Of a stretch of DNA of 64,000 nt, positions 12,425-26,700 are shown piece after piece. Made by a program: the position numbers and the translations under genes. The notes under the pieces were generated by a model. That model was not told the DNA's origin. It saw only the letters and a program-made list of their open reading frames with translations, and searched no databases. Position 1 is the stretch's first letter, and each line of letters starts with the position of its first letter. The stretch spans positions 16,182,001 through 16,246,000 of the forward strand of contig JAQFVV010000005.1 of NCBI GenBank assembly GCA_028023455.1, written 5' to 3'. Origin of the DNA: Epiperipatus broadwayi. Taxonomy: Eukaryota; Animalia; Onychophora.

Positions 12425-13520
12425 ATATATGTTGGAGTATTTATATTATTTAATATTAATTATCAAGTGTCTTTAGAAAAATTCAAATTTTATTTAAATT
12501 TTTTCAAACACACCCAACAATTAGTAATAGCATACAGGCTAGTATATAACCCATTGTTTTAAGAGATGTTATTTTTCTCACTTTGTCAAATATTACTGGC
12601 ATGATTAGTGACAACATGGCAATCAAATCTGGCTTTTTAGATTCATGAATATTGAAGTTAAGGTGGTGCTTTAATCAACTAGACTATTCTATCAAATCCA
12701 ATAGTCAGTAGACATTTCTTATACTTATCTATGAGGGTCCTCCTGATTTCTTCACCTTTTTCTAAGAGTAAGATTAATAAATGTCTTTCAAACATCATAC
12801 TAGGAAGACTTACAGAATTACTTACCATTTTTGTGTAAGTAATATCTTTAAATTTTCTTCTTTGTGCTTTTTCTTCTCTAACCTTCCCCATAGAAAAAAG
12901 TTAAGAAATTAGAAGGATCTTCATACATAAGTATATAAAATTTCTATTGATTGTTACCTTTGATAGAGTAGCATAGTTGATTACAACATTAATTTAAATT
13001 CAATATTAAAACAGGCAAAACTCACTACACGTATTGCCACTCATTGCAGGCTAGAGTAATCAATGGATGCCAGAAGTCCTGTGCATAAAATCCTCATCTA
13101 GTGCCTACTCATCCAATATCCCCAAACTAATTTCTGGCTTGTGGCCTTTGTCAGTGAAGAGCCTTGGATGTGAGAGCACTGCATGTATAGTGAGTTTTGC
13201 CTGTTTTAATAACATTTATAAGCAAGCATAAGAAATGGTGATCATGTGATGTTTATTGGCTTAAATTCAATATTCATGAATCTAAAGGTCCAGATTCAAT
13301 TCCTATGTTAGTATGTAACTGATCAGGTCAGCAACATCTGAAGAGAGTATAAAATAATGTCACTCAAAATGTGTTATATACTAACCTTTGTACTATGTAT
13401 CTGGAAAAGTTAAAATAAAGCTTGAATTATTCTAAACAATTAATATTAAGTGATGGAAATAGTTTTACACATAACTACTAATAAAATTCCATCATCATAA
13501 ACTTTCAGACAAATACTTCA
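12425..13520. mobile_element. Family T (tRNA-like head + HHR + about 200-bp tail), head-to-head pair
   Basis: Minus copy at about 12425-12680 and plus copy at about 12965-13520 (split by an X element). Shared motifs TTAAATTCAATATTCATGAATCTAAAGG and CAGCAACA-CTGAAGA-GAGT...ACTC. Homologous to 56600-56945. Confidence 0.65.
13008..13260 (-). mobile_element. Family X element inserted into a family T element
   Basis: Perfect 14-bp TSD TTAAATTCAATATT at 12994-13007 and 13261-13274. Decayed HHR at about 13125-13170. Confidence 0.85.
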
Positions 13521-14639
13521 ATCTTAGATTTCACCAGATTTTATCATTTTCTTTAAACTTCTAAGGGGGAAAAAATGCCTTAATGGCAATAAAAAATTAT
13601 TTGCTACATCAGTTTACAAAAACAGTAGACACTTAGGTTATACACTGTGTAACCCTTTTAAGTATTTTATTATGGAGCTAGCACTCTAGGGCATGCTTTC
13701 TACTAGATTTTGACAAATAACATCAGAAATATGTTTCTGTTCCTCTGGTGAGTCTACAATCAAATATGATGGGGTTTCCTCCAAAATCACTAATAACAGA
13801 TTTGTGGTGTGTTTTTTTCTTTCTGATAGAACCAATCACATTTCTCTTTATTGCCATAATAATAGGCAAATTAATCAATTGTTAAAATAAGTTTAGCATT
13901 AAATGGTATTGCTTCTGATTAGCATAAGTGATTACATCATACAGTTATATAATATACAGAAATCTGGATTCTTTGGTTTAACATAAAGCATATGTAGAAT
14001 TTGTATTTTTTTATTATGTAGATTTATTGTCTTTTAAAAATAATGTTTTTAAAAATAGCGTTTTTTACCATTTCTTTTTCAGAATGATTAGAAGAGATCA
14101 AAAATGACATATATGGATGAGAGAACAAATAAATATCAGATATCACTGGAAAAAAAGATTGAAATAGAACTGGGCAGATATATTTGTAAAAGAAATGATA
14201 ATAGTTGGACAGTTGAAAATGGAATCCCAAGTATTTGTAAAAAACCTAAAGAGAGATCACAAGAAGGATGAGTGAAATGAAGTTTGCCGATATGAAGGCG
14301 AGAAGAGAGGCTAGAGTTCAGCCTAATTTAACTTGGAAAAATCTTTATTTTGCAGTGGATCATAATGGTCAACAATGATGGTGACAATATGAAATTTATT
14401 AAAAGGGAGTTTAAATGTATGGATTTTGATCCTATATGTAAAAGTTTCATGTTAAAAACAAAAAGTCATTCCAATTATTACAAAAATACATACTTTGAAT
14501 TTGACAAAAAATTGATTTGCTTTTGATTATTCCTGCAATAAAATATACTTATATATAAAAATTTAGTCTATTATTTTTTTCTTAATATAGTTCCCAGCAA
14601 TCATCTGACAATCAAGACTTTAATATTAATGCTTATAAA

Positions 14640-14894
14640 CAATGCGATGAAAACCGAGTCTAGTTTAGTAATTGTCTAACATTGCTGTAATATTAACCAC
14701 ATTTTAAAATTTGAGGATATCGATTTTTAAAATATGATTTGATTATATTTCGGAAACGGTTTGAGTATTAATAATGGCCGTCATTAGTTTATTTAATAGA
14801 GAGAGAGAGCGAGAGAGAGAAGTCACTATAAGAGCATTGGAAATGCATCTGTCCCCATGTTTGGTAACAATCTGGATTTGAATCCATGGTGAGT
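14640..14894 (+). promoter_or_regulatory. Candidate promoter and first exon of an unidentified plus-strand transcript
   Basis: CpG retention, TATCGAT at 14718, (GA)n tract at about 14798-14820, ATG at 14857 (MFGNNLDLNP...) and a strong donor TG|gtgagt at 14889. No downstream exons identified. Confidence 0.3.
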
Positions 14895-17800
14895 AAATTA
14901 ATAGACTTCTTTTTTTTCCAGATAAATGATTCATAAGTGACTAAAACTATCCAATATTGATCAGCAAATAGTTATTTAGTTATTTTAACTAAATGATTAA
15001 AAAGGGGGTAATACTCACCAGGCTATATATATATACATATATATATATATATTATCTACTATGAATTAGCTTAATGTACAATTTCTAATAATTAAATGGA
15101 TAGCTGGGATAACTTTGGATCAGCTAGCTAAAAACAAAAAATGAAGTTTTCTTAGAGATTCCAGCTATTAAAAAAAATCATTTTACTGAGTTCGAATCCT
15201 AGTTAATAAACATGGCAGATATTTATACTTCATTAAAAGCCCTCCTATGATCACACATATCTACTTGTAAATACAAAATATGATAATAATTCTTGGTTCT
15301 TTTTATAAAGGTTTATAAGATATATATATATATATAATCTATTAAACGTCATAAGTTTAAATATTAATGCTTTTCTGTATTTTTTTTATTAATCCTTTGC
15401 AATAACAGTTACAGATATATATATAAGGTTAACATATCTAGCAAGTTTCTAAATAAGAATGAAATCTCATACATTCCAGATGTAAACCCTGACAATTTTA
15501 TAAACATCTTAGTTTCAAACTACATAGAAAATTTCTTGCAAATTTTAATGCTGATATAAGTGAAAAAATTTAAGTCAAATATTTGTAAGATAATTAAATA
15601 CAGTGTGTTTTAATATGTAATTTCTGTTTTTTGTTGTTGACCAACTAACCAAATGCTGTTAATACACATCTGCACCCCCATACTTATTAGATTGCTACAT
15701 CAATACAAAATGATCATTTGCAGTAGTAGCTTCATATATATGTAGACTTCATCTCTGTTTAAAAACTTGCTACATAACTGCCACTACATGTATTTGAGGC
15801 TGCTAATACAAATGGTCATTTTGCATTCACATAGCAATCTAATAAATAGAGAAAAATATATTATTTAATTAATTAACACCCCAAAAAAACAGAAATTGTA
15901 TATAATATTTTGAAAATGCTGTATGGCAATTTTAATTTATAACAGTTAGTTCAAGTCTTTTATAATTATAGTTATATTAAAAACTTAAAATTAAACACAG
16001 TTCAATGTATGTAAACAAAGTGGCTAAGTCATAGACTGGGGGAGAGTGATTTACTATCTTTGTTTGTATATTTATCATATTAAGCAAATAAAAAAACATT
16101 AATAAATTATCCCTATTAATTCTCATTGATTTATTGCAAGTAAATTGCACTGTAACACATAAATGTTTCATAAAACAAGAGCAGGTCTCTACTCTAGTGC
16201 CATCTATAGTTATTTTGAGAAATCAGAGATTACCAAAAAACAGTACATTTAAACCATCACCCCCAGGCTAATTTTTAACTTTTGACTTTATTAGTGAGAT
16301 TTCAGATTCAAAGCTGAAACTACTGTAGCTGTCCAGTTAGCTGTTATCTTTTGCCATTTTACTGTTCAAGTTAAAAGTGTGAAATTTAAAAAATCCCTAA
16401 AGTTTTGAACCCAAACCAATACGCTTGAGCAATTAGATAAATTTGATTCCGTGTCAGTAACCATATATTTTAGTATGTTCAGTTCTTTTTAATTATAGAC
16501 ACTTCCCCCTCTGGCTGAAAAATATTCCTTTTCTTAAATTATACAATATTTTATAAAATGAATAGCTCTCTACTCTACCACCATCTAAAGAAAGCATTAC
16601 TTACAGCAAACACTTATTTAGGAATGACCTTTTAAAGACTCTATCAACTGCTAATCACTGATTCCTTTGTTTTACTTAGTATAAATGGGACTAAAGTACA
16701 AACTACTTTTGTTTTATCATAAACTGTATCATCTAAAGAATTATATGATTTGCTACTAATTACATATATTTTTGTTAAATGTTGAGGATACATAAACATT
16801 TTAAAATAATTTTATATTTCATTGCATTAAAAATTATGGTTTGATTTTTTCAATAGTTTAGACATACCTCCAACAGTCGTAAAGAAATTTCTGCAATAGT
16901 AAACAGTATTTCCTCCCAATGATTAATTATGATGGTTTCTAAAGTAGTTTCTATATGAAAATTAAAACATTTTCAAACAAATCAAAACAAAACACCTATA
17001 TTTTTTTTTTATAAATATTATTTATTACACTTTGATTTACACTGTCAAACTTTCTGCTCTGATAACTTTGACACTAACCACCTCATATAGATACATAAAT
17101 GATTATTACTAACCATTTATCAAACTAGAAATTATCTGTAGACTAGCCATAACTATATCTTAATAAAAATTCTAATTATATTCAAAAGTCTCTTCATATC
17201 CAAAACCTTCACAATTCGCATTTTCAATTTTCATAATTAAAAAAAAGTAATTCGTAAATATTTAATTTTCTCTACTTTAATTTCTTAGTTCACATAAATA
17301 AGCATGCATATACATGTGTATGTATATATTAAAAATAATAATTATAGTAAATTTCACTGCTATCCATGAATTTCTGTTTTCACTTTAAGATTTGAAAGCA
17401 AATGTCAAGGATATAGGGATTCTATTATAAATACTACAGATTCACATAAAATATGTATTATCAAATTATTCTTTTTTATTTTACTCCATATACCTTGTTG
17501 ATTTCTATTGTCAAATGCCCCATATTTCTTGCCACATAATATTCACCTTTCTTTAAAAAATCAGGTTTATCTTGAAAAGCAGTTAATCAGAGTACAAAGT
17601 TTGTTAGGCTTTTGTGTGTGTGTGTTCAAAATTTTCTTATTTTTAATGGCCTGCCAGCTTCTTGAAATATTCATTAATAAAGTTCATGCCCACTCTGGTT
17701 AAAGTTTAGAATTTTTTCAGGTGATAAGGAGATTTATAATTTTTAGATAGGTGGTGCCACTGTCAACCACTTAGCCATCTAATTTTATTAAATGTGTCTA

Positions 17801-18807
17801 GTGATAATACTTGTAATGCAGTAGAATATTCATTCACACAAAATTATCATTTATTAATATATTCATGTTTCCTAAAATAAAGTATTATAGTTTTGATAAT
17901 CAAATACACTAACCCATAAATTAAAAATGGTATTACTCTTTGTTTAACTTGGAATTGTTTCCATGTCAATGAGAAAAACACAAAAACATGTTAAATGCGA
18001 TGATTTGTTATTGTATTCCATTTTTCCTCACATAAATGCATCATAGATGTAATAAACTCTATTGTTCAGCATATTAAAAACATCCCATTTTTTATTTTGA
18101 AACAAAACTAAATATTATAATATTTACATCACAGTGTACCACCATGTTCAGAAGATATTTCTGACTCTGTGTTACACTTCACTAATTGCTGCTCTTTTAA
18201 CCTATTCTTTTTTAGCAGCTAGAATGAGTTCACTCTATTCTGATACCTCATCGCCTAGGATGTGGTCATGATGAAAAAACGACCATTTCTTTTCCTTTAT
18301 ATTGTAATATAACAAATTTAGGAATATTCCAGCCATTATCCTTCACCCTAATAATTAACAACACTAATAAATAACTCTTAGAGCTGTAACTTTCATTCCA
18401 TCTATTTTATTTCTAAAGTACGATTTGGTAATTAACCCCATATTTCCCAAATTGCCAATCTTTTATTTTTTCAATAAAATTAATAAAGCTAGAGATCAAA
18501 CCCAAGTTCCTTCCAATATCTATGCAGTCACTTGAAGTTTTTGCTTAATACCTGCAAAGTTATAAACATGTAGGTCTGGTTTTTGTTCAGTTGGTGTTGA
18601 TCTTTTTCTGTAATTTTTATAAAAAGTTTTTTTTGTTATTGTTACTTCAATACCCCCCCCCCTTTTATTTTGTAAAAATAATAAAAGATGTACCTTTCAG
18701 ATATATTTTATTTTAGGCATACAATCCCACAATTCTTTGCACATATTTCTTTAAATACGATTCATACATTGTACAGGCTTAAATCTGCATTTATATATTA
18801 ATGTATG

Positions 18808-18965
18808 CAGGATTCGAATTCAGACTTTCACACAACCCACTACTCTCAGTGCCATCTCATATTGCTGACCCACCTGATCATACACATGTTGAAAAGATAA
18901 ATAATCACCAATATATGTATTTCATGCTAAACCAGCAATCATTAGTTGGTCCTGATTACTATGTC
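18808..18965 (-). mobile_element. Family Y dispersed copy (HHR core mutated to CTAATGA) with a downstream B-box-like GAATTCGAATCC
   Basis: Near-identical to 8400-8530 and 22700-22860. Confidence 0.75.
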
Positions 18966-20175
18966 CATTAAAGTACAAAGATTGGCTATCTTAATATAAA
19001 GTCGAGCACTGACTGTATTGAAGGAGTCAGATCTGAGTTCGATCCTAGCTTCATGATATCTAGCCATAAGCCCACTTCAAACCCTAATACTAACCTTAAA
19101 TTTCTGATGCAGTGGGGCTTTATACGGTCAATCCACGCTAGTTTTCTTAAAGAAAAACTATTATATAAATGTGTGTTAAAATTAACTAGTTTAAGGTTTA
19201 AATTGATCAATTCTATTAATAAATTCATGATAGAATTATTCATGAATTTATATATATTATAACCATGTGGATTGTGCATATATATTTATAAATATTTAAA
19301 CATATATAGGCGTTCTAAAGTTTCTTTGCGTCGGGAATGTTTATTTTGCTTTTAAATAATCTGTTCGAATTTTAGTGACTAAAAGCCACATTCTTTCGAT
19401 AAGCTTTCAGATTTTCCCTTTCCAAAAACAATGGGTAAAGTTTTATTAATTAGAAAAAAAAAATAATTATTTAAAATGTAAGGATTTCCTAATTAAAATC
19501 ATTTTTCTGATTTTAAAAATTCATTTTCTAATTAGAAAATGAATTCATGTTAATGAGTTTGAAAGCCTTATCGAAGGAATGTATCTAAAAACAACTAGAA
19601 AAATTTGTAACATTGATAATGAAAGAAGTGCTAGCCTGAAGGCATCAGAGGACAGTATAAATAGCCCGGAAAAGTTTGGAGAAGGAGAAACCATCTTCAT
19701 TTTAGAGAAGTGCCATTAAGCTCTGTGCATTTTAAAAATTATGAATTTAAATAGTGTTTCTATCATGGTGAAAGGCTAAACATCAGGAATCTAGCTACTG
19801 TGCCTGAGGTCCCCTGAAAATCTTCAATGAAGTTGCTAAACCTTCTTCCAGACCAATCATGCTGCCAAAATCATGAAAAATCAATCAAAATACTGTTCAA
19901 GTAATTGATCAAATGCACGCCTAATTGGACATGTAAACTAAAGAACCAGCCCCGGAAGAAATGGTAATATATTTCCATAATGAACCGTAACTTTCTGGCC
20001 AGTTTCCAAACTTTACTTTATACTCCCTTTAAAAGCTCTTCTCATTTATTAATGTAATAATCTGTATAAAACTTACTTTTAATTATGCTATTTTAAATTA
20101 TATTGTAATTCTAAATCTCTAGTCCTTAGATTTAACTTTCCTTTTTTTTATGATGGCGGTTCATTTATTGTTATA

Positions 20176-21139
20176 CACTTGGGTCTCATTTTACACGATA
20201 GATAGGTTCCTCAGAAAACACGCGCAAATGAAATCGCACAAAAATAGACGTAACTTATCTTAAAAAAGGGGGGATATGGACTGTGATTTTTCACAAATCG
20301 CGTAAAAGCAAAGCACCAACGTAAAATTACTTTAAAATTCGCACAAAAAAAATAAGGAAATAAAATATGACTAATAAAAAATTTCAAATTTGAAAAAAAT
20401 TGATACAAGACAAACTTTTTTTAACTATAATATTTAATTTTATTCAAAACAATATATTTTTATGCATGATTTACAGTAATTTACATTTTTTATACATGTT
20501 TTAATTATTATTGCTATTTGCCATTAAACAGGTTCGTTTGCAAACTGGTAAAAAATCAGATTCTTCACAAAAGGAAATACAACTAGCGCCAATGTCACTC
20601 TCATGTTGTGTTAATGGTTTTCTGGTGACAACGTAATTAGTAATTAATCTAACAACTAAAAATTAAATTCTTATTTTTGTCTTTAATTTTTTAATTTTCA
20701 ATTTTAATTGTGCCCACTGCCATTACTCACCTTTTAAAAATAAACTTGCGGACACTAAATGATTAATAATTGATTACGTTCTTTTTTAAAAAGCAAAAAC
20801 AGAATGTGATTTAAAATGCAAAATTAACACGCACAATGTTTGAACAAATTTACATCATAATCTTGTAAAATTTAATGTGTGTATACATAAAATGTAGAAA
20901 TCATGATTTTAATTTCATTATTGCATAAAATCTTACTATTATAAAGCACTGAAAATATTGAAATTACTAAGATGAAAGTCGAATTCCAATAATGTGCTAT
21001 TACTTTAAATATGACATAAGTGTGTGAAATTTATTATTTAAAGTAATAGCGCATTATCGGAGTTCGACTTCCGGAGAAACGTGAATCGCGTAACTTCAAA
21101 ATCGCGTTAAATAAATCTGCGTAAAAAGAGACCCAGGTG
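20176..21139. mobile_element. Non-autonomous Tc1/mariner-pogo (Tigger-like) element
   Basis: TIRs CACTTGGGTCTCATTTTACACG / GCGTAAAAAGAGACCCAGGTG flanked by TA on both sides; CpG-rich subterminal repeats. Confidence 0.8.
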
Positions 21140-21199
21140 TATATATATTTATTGAGTAATTTATTATGTCATTTGTTTTTTAATTATATGCCAATAATC

Positions 21200-21990
21200 C
21201 TTCGACTCGATAAGCTCCATTGTTCCATTTTCCTTATGCAGATAATATAATATTAAGTCAGATAGTAATTCTTGCCCATTAGAACTAGATTTATATCGTT
21301 CTCTCAATCATCGAGTCAAAATAAATTATTAAAGGTTTGCTAAATTTATAATTGGCTAATAATAAATTATTAGCTCCATTTCTAACCTATGTCCCCGGCT
21401 CCTTTATCTAATTTATAAATGTTTATATATCCATATTTATGATCTTAAAATGTTTTTGCAAAAGGGTTGATAAAGGAATCAAATAAATATATTCTAATTC
21501 AAATTTCGTTTACTTTCTATTAAGATTCAGGGAAGGCACGATGTTTGGAGCATAATTAATATAATTTTATAAATGCTTTAAAATAATTTTAGTTAAAAGC
21601 TCGTTTGACTTTAATTAATTTGATCAAGTCATCATGTAGAGCATTCTATAATAAATTGGGTTTTATTATTCAAACGGTGACTATCAAGTCATCTTCGAAT
21701 ATTGCTGATGTAGGGCAATCTTCCACTCCGTAGGCTTGTTGGTGGTGATATTACTGTTATTTTAAATTATAGAGGAAGAAAGCACTTCCTTCCCTGCTTA
21801 TATTATATTTGGAACACCAAAGGTTAGCAGCTATGACTCGGCCTGGCTTTCCCCATGTTCCACGACTCCTTAAAGGGCAGTAAGACTTTTGAAATACAAG
21901 CCACCATACTACTTAAATCACCGACAGGTTATTATCTTTCATGTTCATTTTATAGTAAAGACCGCTCTTATGCTCGTAATTCATGATGAA
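21200..21990 (-). mobile_element. Probable Penelope-like pre-RT remnant
   Basis: Decayed frames include LNYAPNIVP and NLDKGAGT (compare the PLE ADKG motif). CpG-retaining. Confidence 0.4.
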
Positions 21991-22659
21991 GTGATTTCAT
22001 TAAAGTCAAACAAATTCTCAGTTATCTCAAATTAAATAAGTTTTCTAATAAAGATTAATGTTATGCCCTAAAATACGTATCTTGCTCTTCATGAATGGAT
22101 TTGTGAATGTGAAAATAAATCTCACATTCTTTCATATAAAATTATTAGAATAATAATTTCCTTTACAACTGAATACCTTTATCTGCCTTTATTTTCTGGT
22201 TGGGGGCATAGACATATAGACTTCCATAATATTGCATAATAGTGTTGGCATATAATAGGGACTGCCATTCTTATTGTAAATATAAACTCTGTTTAAGGAC
22301 TAGAAGCAATATATATATATAGTCATCATTGAAAAGTTGAACAAAACTATTACTATTATTATTAAACAATTTATAAACATACTTGGTTTCTTAAGTCTTT
22401 TATTCAATAATTATTTTAATGTTAATGTGCTGTCTGTGTTGGCAACCCGAACATATACAAATGATTTGACTTAAAATTATCTTTAGTTAGTTTATTATCC
22501 GATATTAGTGTCAGTTCAGGGGTCTCTAATAATCACCAACCACTGAGCTAATTCCTTGGTGCATAGCACTGTGCCGTCGATTTAGATCATCCATTGATCT
22601 GAGCTGGTGAGTTGGGTTTGAATTCAGTTTGGTTCGGCTGAGTTTGGATCCAACTTGCA

Positions 22660-22860
22660 GTTTAGGTGGTGGAGTTTTTTTGACCGGTACAGTATATATG
22701 TGTGGAGATAGTAATCTGGACCAACTGATGATTGCTGGTTTAGCATGAAATAACTATATTGGTGATTATTTATCTTTTCAAGATGTGTGTGATCAGGTGG
22801 GTCAGCAATATAAGATGGCACTGAGAGTAGTGGGTTGTGTGAAAGTCTGAGTTTAAATAT
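22660..22860 (+). mobile_element. Family Y dispersed copy with an intact HHR core (22720-22763)
   Basis: ACCAA CTGATGA TTGCTGGTTTAGCAT GAAA TAACTATA TTGGT. Confidence 0.8.
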
Positions 22861-23099
22861 GATTGTAATTCTTTTTTTATTTAAGTTTATAATATTTATT
22901 TTGTAATTCAATATTGAATTTAATTATGTTTCTCATAAATAATCTATGCAACACTATATAATTTTATTTATATAATTCATTAGAGGGATGGCTGAAAGGA
23001 GCTTGAAAATATGGATTCAAACCCCTCTAATAATTCATGTATAATATCTATAGTAATTAACTATTTATTCATATATCTACTTAATATTATCAATAAAAA

Positions 23100-23760
23100 A
23101 TTAAAATACAATAGAATACATAAAGTAAATTAATAATGACACTACTGAATTGTAAATAAGTAAACATTAATACAAGGACTTAAATCGACACATAGATATT
23201 TAAATGTATATATAATTATAAACCAAAATAAAATTAAAATCACTAAAAATAAGTTAAGTATAAATTTATTACATATCCACTAGAGGCAAGTAATGTATTT
23301 GAGACAATGTTTTCCAATATTTAGCACAAAATAAAATCAGGCTTGCCACTTACATAAACTTTGCCATCTGGTTGACCAGATGCAAGGTGATTTTTCAAAA
23401 ATTACCGCTTAACGAAATAAATAACTGCTTCCTCAGCATAATTAAAAATATCCAAGAAACAGACAAGAGAGGCTGATCCATACCTGGCCATATTAACCTG
23501 GGAATTCACAACTGGTCTAAACAGCACCTCTCCAACCAACCCCTAAATAATTTATATGAAAATATCTATTATGATTTAATATCTATTATGATTTAATAAA
23601 ACCCTCCAACCATAACTTGCCAAAACAGGGTTTACTAACAAAGGTATTTCGTTACAGACTAGATGAATAATATTCACCTTGCATCCACAGTCTAAGTACT
23701 TCACTAACATTCATTTTGTATTCTACTGACTTTTGGATCATTTCTTCTTTGTATATATCA
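23100..23760 (-). mobile_element. Old LINE 3' portion; about 200 bp of its 3' end is repeated at 26570-26775
   Basis: The two loci share AAAATACAATA...ACATATCCAC(T/C)AGAGG.A.GTAATGTATTT. Decayed RT-like frames upstream. Confidence 0.45.
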
Positions 23761-26700
23761 CCCTGTAACCTCATCTACTTAATTCTTGTTATCTTTTTTT
23801 TTTTTTGTAATCACTTATAGGTCAAATAAAATTATCTTGAAAGAGAAATAAAATTTATAATTATATTAAAATGACTTAAAAGTAAAAAAAGATATCAGGA
23901 TAATCAGATTTACAAAAGTATTGTTACGCCATTTGAAAAAAACTAATAATAAAACTGTAAAATAGCTTCACTATTGAAAGAGGGGGGGGGATGTAGTCTT
24001 ATGGTACTAGAATCAAGATTTACTTCATCTCTTATACAAATTCTGAAATGGGACAATAATATGTTGTGTTATAAAAGTAATTATGCATAGAAATATGCTT
24101 TTATGTAAAAAAAAATAGAAAAAAATGGGTAATTAAATACTTTTTTTCTATGAGATGTGTTAAAAAACTAAAAATGCTGGAAGAATTTTGTGTAATGTGT
24201 TATCATTGGCCATTTAATCTTGCATAAGAACTTCATATTTTAGCTTCTTAAAATGTACTTCCTTCAGTAAATAAGATGTATTAGATTATGCTACATCTTA
24301 TAACATCAAAAGATATGTATGTGTATTTATATATAATATCAAACAAAATAATACGATAAGTCACTGGAATTAACTGTAATTTTCATTATGCCAATATATA
24401 AACGTCCCAAAGCAATAGATAGCTTATGACATGACTATAAACTTTAATAGCATCTACAATTAGAATTTAGAGAAGCATATTATATAAATATGATGGTTAA
24501 TTTATTAAATAGGCTATATAATTGTGTAAATATACACAAATTATGAAAGGTTGGCCATTTACATAAGAACCCTTACTGTTATATATTAATGAAACACTAC
24601 TAAAGATGGCAGTTGTGCTGTAAGCTAGCTAACACTTTTATTTACTTATTGGTATATTAAAAATTCTAGTTAATCTAAGTGGTTTGTTTCATTCTATATA
24701 AATATTACAATGGTCAATAATTATTATTATGATGATTATTATTACTACTACTATTATTATTATATAATGTAGAAATAATATTTTTTAAGCACCAAAGACT
24801 TAAATTAACATTGCTATTTTTAAAATTTAAATAATCTATTAATGTAATAATAATTTGCTATTTATAAATATTAAAATAAAGAAGATGAAAGCTGACTAGT
24901 AGTTATTAAAATTAAAATAAAACATACCACTCATTCCCTTTAGTGGGAACTTTAAATAAATCTTAATATTATCATCAACTATATTATCATAAAAGAAATG
25001 ATCCAGGTATTCATAAGATCTTTCACTCCAAAAACAAAAACAAAACAACAACACCAAATCATCAGTTGTGACAGAGAATATTTTATTTAATATTGTAATC
25101 AAAACAAGTCTCGGAACAAATAATTCATTGTGATATCTTTTACTTTAAAAGTCTAGATATTGTTATTTCATATAAATACAGATTAAATCATATTTAAATA
25201 AATAATATAAAATTAAACACTATTATAATTAATATGTATATATTATCCAGTATTGTTTTATATATATATCAAAATATTATTTTGCCTTGCTTATTAATAG
25301 GATGAGAAATTTCCTTTTCTTCATTTTTGTTTGATATACATATGTTGAGGCAAATCCTCCATGGAAATAAGTTGTCCTATGCTTTTGTAGGTATGGCTTA
25401 AAAGTTTTAAATTACAAAATACTTTAAAGATGTTACTTCTTAATAACCTAGATATGCTGATTTTTAAAGTTTAACTATAGATTAAAATTCATTGCAATGT
25501 GTTTTAATGAAAGCATTACCTCTTTCCATGATCTCTACATATGCAGTTTCAGTTATCCACAATTCAAAAAATATTAAACAACAATAATAATAAAAAATTA
25601 ATAAAACGGAATTTTTTTTATATGTTCTGTGTATGAGTGTAACACACATTTTCAACATATGCATACATATATATTAAAATATTTATAGTTCACTATTATT
25701 TTATATAGATGGTATCCACTCAGAGCTTGGAATTTAATATCATATATAATTTGTTTTTATATTTAAAAAAAATCAAACAAAGAAGAGATATAACATAAGA
25801 TTTCGTGACACTTAAACCTTGAGGAAAAAGAAAACTGTAACATAAAATTATTCAAACATTTCTTTTTTGAAATTAATTTTTTTAATTAAACAAAACTCTA
25901 TTCACAGTTTCAAATTTATTATTTGAGCCAGAATTCTATTTTATTCTAAGTTTAAACAAATAAGCAAAATATACTGAAAATCATATAACATTTTGGCTAC
26001 AGATCATATTAATTTTGAAACATTTTAAACTTTCTACATATCACAGAGCTTGAATTAACCAATGAAATTAAAGCAAGCGAGTATCCTTTCCATTACACTG
26101 CATTGTTTAGTTTAAGCATATAAATAAAAGTAATATATGATAATAGACAAATAAGCATGAGGGATTATGGAATTTATTGTAATTATACCCATTTATATAT
26201 TATGTAATATGAATAAATTTTAGTATTTTTTTTACTATCATTATAAATTATTTGGTATTCATGTCCATTTAAAAAAAAAAAAAAAATTCATGACCTATAC
26301 CTTATGAATTAATCTCTGTTGTATATGTTAATATTATTTTCAGATCTTATCTCTGATATATATATACTGTATTGGACATTTTTTTCTTAAACAAAAAATG
26401 AATATACATTGTGGAGTTCTACCTGACCTTATAATTTAATATATATACCTGAATAAAAATGTTAGCATAATGTGTGATGTAATAATCTGATGAATTATGC
26501 AAATTTATTTTAATTTCATAGAAACTTTATTCAAATAATTTGTATGTAGTGATAAGACTATAATGCAAAATACAATAAAATACACAAACTAAATAAAATT
26601 AATAAGGCCTGAAAAACTTAATTTATAAATAAATAAACATAAGAATACAATTCTTTATATAAATATTTGAATGTATATATAATTAAAAACCAAAACAAAA

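Noticed and set aside
16868-16950. Minus-strand exon candidate (TTLETIIINHWEEILFTIAEISLRLLE) with good AG and GTATGT sites
   Set aside because: No recognisable protein and no phase-compatible neighbours; such short open stretches are expected by chance.
19300-20030. Decayed frames faintly resembling DIRS RT or a PLE linker
   Set aside because: Similarity too weak to assign by eye.
23354-23542. GC-richer minus-strand stretch with an acceptor and a GTAAGT donor
   Set aside because: It has an in-frame TAA and adjoins a repeat also present at 26570-26775, so it is better explained as decayed LINE.
24928-25142. Open minus-strand frame (…WSERSYEYLDHFFYDN…) ending at a GTATGT donor
   Set aside because: No homology recognised, and a consistent exon chain could not be built.
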